A DNA stretch of 6,611 nucleotides, from the IMG/VR virus record IMGVR_UViG_2619619131_000010; one strand, written 5' to 3'. Within the stretch, counting starts at the first letter, position 1; every line of letters starts with the position of its first letter. The translations under genes were made by a program, and so were the position numbers. Source of the stretch: a virus (lineage: Duplodnaviria; Heunggongvirae; Uroviricota; Caudoviricetes). The notes beneath the pieces were generated by a model. The model had not been told where the DNA came from, ran no database searches, and worked only from the letters and a program-made list of their open reading frames with translations. This document shows positions 1-6,176 of the stretch, piece by piece.

Positions 1-1204
1 ATTTTTCGCCATCCTTGTCGGTGAAGAGGAAGTAGAACGGCCCCTCACGCTCTACAGATGGTTCGACTTCCACTTTGCATTCGGTTTTTTCGTTGCCCGG
101 AATTGCCGTTTCCACTGCATCAGTTTCTGGTACTGGCGACGAGAGAGTATCAGTTGCGCTCTGATTTCTTCCTTCATCTTCAAACACGCCCTTTGTAGTC
201 AGGTATTCAGTAATGTATTTGTTCAGTGCCACAGGGTCTTTGTGAATGTCGATCGGACGTTCACGGACAAGGCCAAAAATAGTCTGGCGGTCGGAGCGAA
301 GGGCATCAGGCTGTTTGCGCATTGATGCCGAGATACGCTTCCAGTCTTCGCGGTCGTTGTCGATAACTTCATTTTTTGCCCAGCGATGGATGCTGCCGTC
401 AATGTTTCCGGCATCCACATCACCAGGCCAGAGAGCGTAGGCCAGTTCGTCATCCAGTGTTTTCCATGTCTGCTTGTATTCGCGATGAATGGCAGCAATG
501 ACCGGGCTGATTTTTCCTGTTGAATTTTCACTGTGCTGTTGATTGGTTCTGGCGCGGGCGAGATCAACAACAGACGTGTATTTTCCGGTTTCCTTGCGTT
601 CACCTTCGCGACGTTTTTTCCAGATGCGCATCTCTGCCTGAATTTCGGGCCATTTGGCACCAGGCTTACATTTATGCTTAACCCACCCGATGGCATGCAG
701 CTTAAGCTCCGGATACATGGTGTTAACTTCTGGCATTTTCATCAACGCTTCAACGATATGTCCGTCGAATGTTGCCATGTCTTCCTGCAACAATTCCTGT
801 GCGCTAATAACCATATCAACGGTGATGTTTTCACATGTGTCGAACTTAACCATGACAGCGTTCTGTACTTCAGGGGCCAGCTTGTCAAAAGTGACGTTCA
901 TCGGATCTGATTCAGTCTCAACCGGGACAAAGGAAGCAGACTCCTCATCCCAGCGGTTTTCCTGCATATATTCAGCATCCCAGGAATCGAGGGCAGGGCG
1001 GGGTATACCGGGTTTATCCTCGCAGACAAGAAATTTATAAGCGCAGTCCTGAGCAGCCGGATAATGTTCCAGGAATTGCCAGTGAAATTTTGCGCGGGCG
1101 CGACGTTCATCACCGGCTTCAATGGCAGTGGCTACAGCGACGGCACCTTCTTCCTTTATTGCCTGTTCGTCCGGAATGGCGGCGCAAATAAAGACTTTAC
1201 TCAT
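1..1204 (-). CDS. 5' portion of a large early-left-operon protein; ORF runs off the window at position 1. Possibly the variable N-terminal region of a RecE (exonuclease VIII)-family protein; identity not verified.
   Basis: Hand translation of the reverse complement from ATG at 1204-1202 gives 401 codons with no stop (MSKVFICAAIPDEQAIKEEG...GPFYFLFTDKDGEK). GAGGT Shine-Dalgarno about 8 nt upstream. Not in the ORF track because no stop lies inside the window. Position matches recE in Rac-like prophages; I do not recognise a nuclease motif in this part. Confidence 0.6.
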   Translation of the reverse strand, partial: MSKVFICAAIPDEQAIKEEGAVAVATAIEAGDERRARAKFHWQFLEHYPAAQDCAYKFLVCEDKPGIPRPALDSWDAEYMQENRWDEESASFVPVETESDPMNVTFDKLAPEVQNAVMVKFDTCENITVDMVISAQELLQEDMATFDGHIVEALMKMPEVNTMYPELKLHAIGWVKHKCKPGAKWPEIQAEMRIWKKRREGERKETGKYTSVVDLARARTNQQHSENSTGKISPVIAAIHREYKQTWKTLDDELAYALWPGDVDAGNIDGSIHRWAKNEVIDNDREDWKRISASMRKQPDALRSDRQTIFGLVRERPIDIHKDPVALNKYITEYLTTKGVFEDEGRNQSATDTLSSPVPETDAVETAIPGNEKTECKVEVEPSVEREGPFYFLFTDKDGEK

Positions 1205-1296
1205 TTTGTTTTACCTCATTACAGATTTAAGGGTGAACAAATCCCTGCCATTGCTGGCATATAAGAATGAAACCGGATATTTATTACGGAACTGTT

Positions 1297-1488
1297 TTAA
1301 AGACCTGCCGGGATTTCGTTATTATCCTGGTGAATAACTTTATCGACCGGGTAACAGTTACCGGGAATTTTCTGTTCGGTTGCTGCAGTCACACACTCCT
1401 GCATTGTCCTGTGAACACTGACTGCAATATCAACTGGCTCTCCGGAAACAAGAAAAACTGTCAGAACAAGTGCAAATGCTGTATTCAT
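1297..1488 (-). CDS. hypothetical small protein (63 aa) with hydrophobic N-terminus; occupies the racC/ydaE/kil-type slot
   Basis: ATG at 1488-1486 overlaps the upstream gene's TGA stop (ATGA, translational coupling). AGGA about 8 nt upstream. MNTAFALVLTVFLVSG hydrophobic segment. Track ORF 1297..1542 is a longer version of the same frame. Confidence 0.45.
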   Translation of the reverse strand: MNTAFALVLTVFLVSGEPVDIAVSVHRTMQECVTAATEQKIPGNCYPVDKVIHQDNNEIPAGL

Positions 1489-1673
1489 TGCCAGCATCCT
1501 TTTTGTATCGGACGTAAACGGGCCAGCATTGAAAGAATGCATATTTTATTTAATAGCTCCCGTTCGTGTTTTCTCTTGTTAATGGCATCTTCAGTAAATA
1601 CAGGGTTACTGATAGTGACACCAATTTCAAAACAACCTTCAGACGTATTAATGTTTGGTAATAACGTTTCCAT
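1485..1673 (-). CDS. hypothetical small protein (62 aa), early-left operon
   Basis: ATG at 1673-1671 with GAGGA about 8 nt upstream (METLLPNINTSEGCFEIG...). Stop overlaps the start of the next gene. The track's 97-aa version needs a GTG start at 1778 with no clear SD. Confidence 0.5.
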   Translation of the reverse strand: METLLPNINTSEGCFEIGVTISNPVFTEDAINKRKHERELLNKICILSMLARLRPIQKGCWQ

Positions 1674-1842
1674 TATCGCGTCCTCAACAATGAATTTTGT
1701 GATGCGGTGCCTGGTGCCTCCAGGTGACGTTAACCAGTTAACAATTAACGCCGGATACAGAGAATCCACCCATAACACTGTTTTTGGTTTTAACTGTTCC
1801 GCGTGCGCTCAGCCGCATTCACCACATCACAAAATTCACTTT

Positions 1843-1885
1843 AAAAAGGGCGGCAGAGCAGTCACGGAGTAAAACTGATACCGCC
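1843..1885 (-). terminator. candidate intrinsic terminator for leftward transcription (imperfect hairpin followed by CUUUUU on the minus-strand RNA)
   Basis: Minus-strand RNA: GGCGG ... (CAGU/ACUG inner pairs) ... CCGCC then CTTTTTAAAG. The long loop makes this weak. Confidence 0.2.
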
Positions 1886-2234
1886 AAACGTCACCAGAAA
1901 ATTGATAACAGAGGGCGTTGCAGCGGGGTTGTCACTTAAGCGTATGGTCAACCTGACAACTCGGTGTCCTCAACGGGGAAGGAATAACCCCGCCATACTT
2001 ACCGCCGCGCCATTTCGCGGATTGCCACAACCGGAAACGCACGGTCGACGAAAATTTAACGACAGGCTATCTATGAACCAGCTACCTCGCCGGGCGCTTT
2101 CGCGTTATGGTCTGACTTTTCAGGGAAATATCCTTTCAGTAAACTGTCAGTGCCGGATGCTCACCCGTGTCCGGCGCACGCACTCCACCTCACCCGTGGA
2201 GAACTCCTTAATCACCAACCCTCAGGAGGGTGAA

Positions 2235-2510
2235 ATGTCGACTGAAAATGATGAAATCATTAACTCCCTGATACGCCAGATTAATAATTTTGATAAAGCA
2301 TTGCAACATGCTGCGGCGCGTAGTGATATAACTCTTTTAGCAATTTCATTTCTTGCATCTGTTATGGATAAAAATGAAGTCGTACGACAGAGTCTTGTTG
2401 ATTATATCGACTCGCTTCAACCCGGCACTTTCAATCATGAGAGCTTCAATCATGAGAAAGAGCATGTTAAGTCTGTAATTAATTCTCTTATTTTGAATCA
2501 AAAGAATTAA
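2235..2510 (+). CDS. hypothetical 91-aa protein, AT-rich moron gene; unrecognised
   Basis: ATG at 2235 preceded by AGGAGG with 5-nt spacer. Coding region is visibly AT-rich compared with its neighbours. Contains an in-frame 15-bp tandem duplication (FNHES/FNHEK). Stop at 2508-2510. Confidence 0.6.
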   Translation: MSTENDEIINSLIRQINNFDKALQHAAARSDITLLAISFLASVMDKNEVVRQSLVDYIDSLQPGTFNHESFNHEKEHVKSVINSLILNQKN

Positions 2511-2808
2511 TGCTTTTTGTTGCAAAGTAATTTTCAAGGGGTTCTATTCGAATCCCTTTCTTTTTCATTAACAAGCCAAACCCCTTATCAATGATGTCCA
2601 TTAGATCCAGGAAGTATTTTTCATGTAAATCCTGGTTATCAGAGAGCTGCTTCTCTTCGTACAGCCCGATAAAGGCTCGGCGTACGTTACCGGATATATT
2701 GTCGATGGTTTCTTTTTCTACGGTACTCAGGTCAAGAGTCGCCAGTTGAGAGCGAACCACATTCGATGCCATTTCCTGGAATGGTACTGGTAAATCTTTA
2801 AATTCCAT
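2488..2808 (-). CDS. hypothetical ~106-aa protein (110 aa if started at the ATG at 2820); unrecognised, AT-rich; second gene of the PL operon
   Basis: Track ORF 2488..2820. The ATG at 2808-2806 has GAGGT with 5-nt spacer. The alternative ATG at 2820 overlaps the upstream TGA (TGATG). The 3' end overlaps the convergent 91-aa gene by 23 bp. Confidence 0.6.
   Translation of the reverse strand: MEFKDLPVPFQEMASNVVRSQLATLDLSTVEKETIDNISGNVRRAFIGLYEEKQLSDNQDLHEKYFLDLMDIIDKGFGLLMKKKGIRIEPLENYFATKSINSFDSK
2536..2566 (+). terminator. candidate rho-independent terminator for the 91-aa gene, embedded in the convergent gene's coding sequence
   Basis: AAGGGGTTC-TATTC-GAATCCCTT hairpin (one G-U pair) followed by TCTTTTTC, 26 nt after the stop at 2510. 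No U-tract on the opposite strand. Confidence 0.3.
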
Positions 2809-2819
2809 CGTCAACCTCA

Positions 2820-2972
2820 TCAGTCAGTGTTTCTGGTTAACCAGCGACGCGCGCCAGCTTCAGTTTTAAACGTTTTGCTTCTGGTATATGTCATCGCGGT
2901 AAACGTGCCGTCCTGGTTGGGAAACACGCCGCATACCAGAGATTCGTTGTTGCCAAGCTCGATAGTATCCAT
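2820..2972 (-). CDS. small Rac-prophage-type protein, YdaF/DUF1391-like from memory (50 aa; 77 aa if the upstream ATG at 3053 is used)
   Basis: MDTIELGNNESLVCGVFPNQDGTFTAMTYTRSKTFKTEAGARRWLTRNTD. GAGGT 4-5 nt upstream of the ATG at 2972. First gene downstream of the PL-like promoter. The family assignment is recollection, not a search. Confidence 0.55.
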   Translation of the reverse strand: MDTIELGNNESLVCGVFPNQDGTFTAMTYTRSKTFKTEAGARRWLTRNTD

Positions 2973-3153
2973 GCTGACCTCATTTCCCCTTAACGCCGGG
3001 GTAGCGGAACAAAAACCTGCTGCATAGTTATTAAAGTTGAACCCTGCCGTCATGTTCTTACGCCTCGGGCTGGCTACTTAACCCCTGACCACTGCCTGGT
3101 AACTCGAGGTATTGCCCTGTATTGTGTGGGACGGGATGGGTTGGTATGGGAAA

Positions 3154-3182
3154 ACTATAGGAAATGCCTAATTACTTGTCAA
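3154..3182 (-). promoter_or_regulatory. PL-like early leftward promoter: -35 TTGACA, 17-bp spacer, -10 TATAGT on the minus strand
   Basis: Minus-strand TTGACA at 3182-3177 and TATAGT at 3159-3154. The -35 lies inside the operator copy. Confidence 0.6.
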
Positions 3183-3219
3183 TAGGCTATGCCTAATAAT
3201 TTGGGCGCAACCTAATAGG
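3166..3219. promoter_or_regulatory. OL-like operator cluster with TTAGGC/GCCTAA half-sites
   Basis: 3176-3198 is an exact 23-bp reverse-complement copy of 3819-3841 (ttgtcaataggctatgcctaata). Extra GCCTAAT (3166-3172) and CCTAATAGG (3211-3219) half-sites. Confidence 0.55.
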
Positions 3220-3290
3220 TGATGGTTTGTGGGAGAGGTAGTAGGAGTTAACTAACGGGAACTAGGAATTTCCCGTCGGACCATATAAGT

Positions 3291-3767
3291 TTAAGTTCCT
3301 GTCTTGGTGATGTTCTGGCTTTTCCGTTTTGATTCTTGATTTTTCAGATAGTTAGCTACCTTCATTTCCATTGCGGCAATGTAGGCGCGAACGTCATAAT
3401 CAACCCAACTAGGCTCCGTAGCATTTCCAGATAAGATGAAAGCCACAATTGCTTTTTTTTCATCAGAGGCGGCTTGATAAAGGCTGTTTATGTCTAAAAG
3501 TTCACTTTTTGTATCTGAAGTGGATGGGGTTGGTATGGGGTATTCGTTAAGCCCCCAATGCTCTGGACCAACCACATCAGAAAAGAAACGCCATAGTTCT
3601 GGAAGTTTGTCTTTACTTATCGAACCTTTCTTAATCCAGTCATGGATTGATGGTGGTTGGACTTTGAAATGACGTGCGATTTCCGCCTTTGATTTGACGG
3701 CTCCTGATGCAATTTTTTTGTTAATGGCCTGCTCTATCGCTCGGCCTAAGTCTTTACCACTAAGCAT
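3291..3767 (-). CDS. racR: Rac-type prophage repressor (RacR-like, 158 aa), the cI-equivalent immunity repressor
   Basis: Track ORF MLSGKDLGRAIEQAINKKIASGAVKSKAEIARHFKVQPPSIHDWIKKGS... with an N-terminal HTH. Divergent from the ydaS-like gene and flanked by operator-bearing promoters. Name from memory of E. coli K-12 RacR. Confidence 0.85.
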   Translation of the reverse strand: MLSGKDLGRAIEQAINKKIASGAVKSKAEIARHFKVQPPSIHDWIKKGSISKDKLPELWRFFSDVVGPEHWGLNEYPIPTPSTSDTKSELLDINSLYQAASDEKKAIVAFILSGNATEPSWVDYDVRAYIAAMEMKVANYLKNQESKRKSQNITKTGT

Positions 3768-3818
3768 TGCTTAATAGTCTCCTATGCGCATCGCGTTAGG
3801 CAATCCCTACTCTCGATG

Positions 3819-3864
3819 TATTAGGCATAGCCTATTGACAATTTCATTAGGCTAAGCCTAATAT
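3819..3864 (+). promoter_or_regulatory. PR-like early rightward promoter (-35 TTGACA 3835-3840, 18-bp spacer, -10 TAATAT 3859-3864) with overlapping OR-like operators
   Basis: Near-consensus hexamers about 28 nt upstream of the ydaS start. Operator inverted repeats TTAGGCatAGCCTA (3821-3834) and TTAGGCtaAGCCTAA (3847-3861) overlap the -35 and -10. Confidence 0.6.
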
Positions 3865-3891
3865 TGTTGCGTGTTTTTTGGAGTTCATTCG

Positions 3892-4215
3892 ATGAAAAAA
3901 GATAACTATTCATTCAAACGAGCTTGTGCTGTTGTCGGTGGGCAATCAGCAATGGCTAGGCTTTTAGGTGTATCTCCTCCAAGCGTAAATCAATGGATCA
4001 AAGGTGTACGTCAGTTACCTGCTGAGAGATGTCCTGCGATTGAACGAGCAACAAAAGGTGGTGTCCTGTGTGAAGAACTTCGTCCTGATGTTGATTGGAC
4101 ATACTTACGACGCTCGTCATGTTATTCGCAGAATATGTCGATGAAGCAACCAAATGACGAAAACGATCATACCCGAAGCATCAAGAGGCAAATGATTCAT
4201 GAAAATCAAACATGA
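3892..4215 (+). CDS. ydaS: YdaS-like Cro-type HTH regulator (107 aa)
   Basis: MKKDNYSFKRACAVVGGQSAMARLLGVSPPSVNQWIKGVRQLPAERCPAIERATKGG... matches my recollection of Rac YdaS. ATG at 3892 with GGAG 8 nt upstream; the track's GTG at 3871 is a probable over-extension. Confidence 0.85.
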   Translation: MKKDNYSFKRACAVVGGQSAMARLLGVSPPSVNQWIKGVRQLPAERCPAIERATKGGVLCEELRPDVDWTYLRRSSCYSQNMSMKQPNDENDHTRSIKRQMIHENQT

Positions 4216-4624
4216 GCACATCCGCATGGCGATGAATGCCTGGGCATACCCTGATGGTGAGAAAGTTCCTGCAGCTGAAATAGCCCGGACTTATTTCGAA
4301 CTGGGGATGACGTTCCCTGAACTGTACGACGACAGCCATCCGGAAGCCCTGGCCCGTAATACCCAGAAAATTTTCCGTTGGCTGGATAAAGACACCCCTG
4401 ATGCTGTTGAAAAAATGCAGGCTCTGTTACCGGCGATCGAAAAGGCGATGCCGCCTTTGCTGGTGGCCCGTATGCGCAGCCACAGTTCTGAATATTACCG
4501 TGAGATCGTCGAACGGAGGGATCGGCTGGTGAAGGATGTCGATGATTTTGTTGCGTCAGCGGTTGTTTTGTATGACCAGATGAATCGCGGCGGCCCGGCA
4601 GGGAATGCTGTGGTGATGCACTAA
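4199..4624 (+). CDS. ydaT: YdaT-like protein (141 aa); the family has been annotated as a toxin but is also described as a CII-like regulator
   Basis: MKIKHEHIRMAMNAWAYPDGEKVPAAEIARTYFELGMTFPELYDDSHPEALARNTQKIFRW... matches my recollection of Rac YdaT. Start overlaps the ydaS 3' end by 17 nt. Confidence 0.85.
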   Translation: MKIKHEHIRMAMNAWAYPDGEKVPAAEIARTYFELGMTFPELYDDSHPEALARNTQKIFRWLDKDTPDAVEKMQALLPAIEKAMPPLLVARMRSHSSEYYREIVERRDRLVKDVDDFVASAVVLYDQMNRGGPAGNAVVMH

Positions 4625-4646
4625 AAGCACGGTGTTCGGGGGTTTT

Positions 4647-5609
4647 ATGAGCAGCAAGCTTCATGGTCTTGTCTGGGAAGGGTGCGCCTTCACCGGCATG
4701 ATCTTATCCAGGGTGGCGGTTATGGCCCGTCTTGCAGACTACAGCAATGACGAGGGCGTGTCATGGCCTGCCATTGAAACTATCCGGCGTCAGATCGGTG
4801 CAAGAAGTGAATCCACAGTGAAATCGGCTATTGCAGAACTGGCGAAAGAGGGCTGGCTGACGAAGGAAGAGCGTAAGGTCGGTGGGCGTAATGTAAGCAA
4901 TATCTATCGGCTTAATGTGGAAAAACTCGAAGCAGCTGCGGCGGCGGCGCGTGAGTCATATAAACCGAAAAGAAAAATTAGCCCGGCAAAAAATGACCCG
5001 TTAACAGTTGACCCGTCAAATATTGACCCCTCAACGGTTGACCCGTCAAATTTTGATGGATCAACTGTTGATAAAAAACTGCCGATTAGGGGGGCGATGA
5101 TTGACCCCGATCCGTCAGTATTAAAACCTGATCCGTCAGATAAAAGATCTTCTTGTCCGGACGCTTCGCAACCGGACCCGCAGACGGCTGAACAGGATTT
5201 TTTAACCCGACACCCTGACGCGGTTGTGTTCAGTGCGAAAAAACGCCAGTGGGGAAGTCAGGAAGATTTGGTGTGCGCACAGTGGATCTGGGGACGAATC
5301 GTGAGTCTTTACGAGCAGGCGGCCAGCGATGATGGCGAGATCACTAGACCGAAAGAACCCAACTGGACAGCATGGGCCAATGACGTTCGCACAATGCGGA
5401 TGCTGGATGGCAGAACTCACAGACAAATTTGTGAAATGTTTGGGCGTCTCCAGCGGGATTCGTTCTGGGTAAAAAACATCATGAGTCCGGCAAAACTCCG
5501 GGAAAAATGGGATGAACTGGTTATCCGCCTGGGGCGTTCGCCTGCGCAGCGTTGCGTGAATCACATTTCTGAACCGGACACTGAAATTCCGCCGGGCTTC
5601 AGGGGGTAA
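4647..5609 (+). CDS. phage replication initiator (lambda O-like architecture: N-terminal winged-HTH, iteron-encoding linker, C-terminal domain), 320 aa
   Basis: ATG at 4647 after a GGGGG run (the track ORF starts at an upstream GTG at 4632). N-terminal region (ILSRVAVMARLADYSNDEGVSWPAIETIRRQIGARSESTVKSAIAELAKEGWL) looks like a replication-initiator wHTH. Internal DPS-repeat linker coincides with the DNA iterons. Confidence 0.75.
   Translation: MSSKLHGLVWEGCAFTGMILSRVAVMARLADYSNDEGVSWPAIETIRRQIGARSESTVKSAIAELAKEGWLTKEERKVGGRNVSNIYRLNVEKLEAAAAAARESYKPKRKISPAKNDPLTVDPSNIDPSTVDPSNFDGSTVDKKLPIRGAMIDPDPSVLKPDPSDKRSSCPDASQPDPQTAEQDFLTRHPDAVVFSAKKRQWGSQEDLVCAQWIWGRIVSLYEQAASDDGEITRPKEPNWTAWANDVRTMRMLDGRTHRQICEMFGRLQRDSFWVKNIMSPAKLREKWDELVIRLGRSPAQRCVNHISEPDTEIPPGFRG
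4993..5079. repeat. iteron array (probable prophage replication origin): six 15-bp-periodic dyad-symmetric repeats, consensus TTGACCCGTCAA
   Basis: Repeats start at 4993/4994, 5008, 5023, 5038, 5053 and 5068 (TTGACCCGTCAA twice, TTGACCCCTCAA, TTGATGGATCAA, and degenerate end copies). Related copies at 5101-5117 and 5127-5140. Confidence 0.6.
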
Positions 5610-5649
5610 GTGTTAATTTCTGGTCATGAGGTAATTTTCAGGAGGGCTT

Positions 5650-6072
5650 GTGGCAAAAGTTTTTACACAAGAAGAGCGGGAGAAAATTAAAGGGCAGGTT
5701 GTTGAACTCGTACGCCAGAGTGGGCGCGAGACGTTACGACAACTGGAAACTAAAACTGGGGCAACAAGATATCTGATGAGCGTTCTGACCAGAGAGCTGG
5801 TTGCCAGTGGCGATGTATACAACTCTGGTTACGGGTTATTCCCGTCTGAACAGGTGCGTAAGGACTGGCAAAATGCCCGTAAAAAGCTCTCAAGGGCAAA
5901 GCCGAAGAAACCATCTGCGGTTGATCCGGACCTTATCTGGTCATTACCTGACGGAGAAATACGTCGCTACGACAGGCGTCAGAACATAATCTGTCGCGAG
6001 TGCCGGAAGAGCGAAGTTATGCAGCGCATATTGTCGTTTTATCAGGGTAATTTTCAGAAGGTGCTGTTGTGA
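5650..6072 (+). CDS. hypothetical 140-aa protein, possible HTH/winged-helix DNA-binding protein, downstream of the replication initiator
   Basis: GTG start at 5650 with AGGAGG 5 nt upstream (MAKVFTQEEREKIKGQVVELVRQSGRETLRQLETKTGATRYLMSV...). No Walker motif, so not a DnaC/P-type loader. Confidence 0.65.
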   Translation: MAKVFTQEEREKIKGQVVELVRQSGRETLRQLETKTGATRYLMSVLTRELVASGDVYNSGYGLFPSEQVRKDWQNARKKLSRAKPKKPSAVDPDLIWSLPDGEIRRYDRRQNIICRECRKSEVMQRILSFYQGNFQKVLL

Positions 6073-6176
6073 GCCAAATTAACAATCGGAACTTCGTGAA
6101 GAGAAAGCATAATCCAAATCTGGTGATGCTGCCAACTTACTGATTTAGTGTATGATGGTGTTTTTGAGGTGCTCCA

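Noticed and set aside
223-1122. Track ORFs 223..696(-), 898..1122(-), 246..440(+), 533..910(+), 654..1040(+)
   Set aside because: All lie in alternative frames or antisense to the uninterrupted 401-codon minus-strand ORF (1..1204) and have implausible composition.
1838-1862. Possible lambda nut/boxB-like element (AAAAAGGGC)
   Set aside because: Only a partial resemblance to boxB; no matching 5' arm or boxA on the transcribed strand.
1267-1872. Plus-strand 201-aa ORF overlapping the two small minus-strand genes
   Set aside because: Cys/His/Asn-rich odd composition, no SD, and antisense to the leftward operon whose small ORFs have good SDs and stop-start coupling. Not fully excluded.
1920-2000. 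Retron-like msr/msd or tRNA-like structure in the nested inverted repeats
   Set aside because: No reverse transcriptase gene nearby and no cloverleaf or conserved tRNA boxes; left as an unexplained structured region.
1902-2234. Upstream extension of the 91-aa gene to a 202-aa ORF (TTG start at 1902)
   Set aside because: The extension is Arg-rich and low-complexity, has no RBS, and has a different base composition; a strong AGGAGG sits immediately before the internal ATG at 2235. The unusually long open frame is noted in the findings.
2820-3053. 77-aa version of the YdaF-like gene (start at ATG 3053)
   Set aside because: Not strictly rejected. The internal ATG at 2972 has the better SD and gives the ~50-aa size I recall for this family, but the longer form is possible.
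2346-3672. Track ORFs 2346..2537(-), 2827..3027(+) and 3490..3672(+)
   Set aside because: Antisense shadows of the 91-aa, YdaF-like and racR genes respectively, with no translation signals.
3768-3870. PRM-like promoter for the repressor gene on the minus strand
   Set aside because: Only a plausible -10 (TAATAC) with a poor -35; cannot be placed with confidence.
4206-5564. Minus-strand ORFs 4206..4664 (152 aa) and 5202..5564 (120 aa)
   Set aside because: Antisense to the ydaT-like and replication-initiator genes; Pro/Ser/Arg-rich products typical of antisense frames.
5613-5989. Track ORFs 5613..5822(-) and 5801..5989(+)
   Set aside because: Overlap the better-supported 140-aa gene (strong AGGAGG and start), in antisense or alternative frame.
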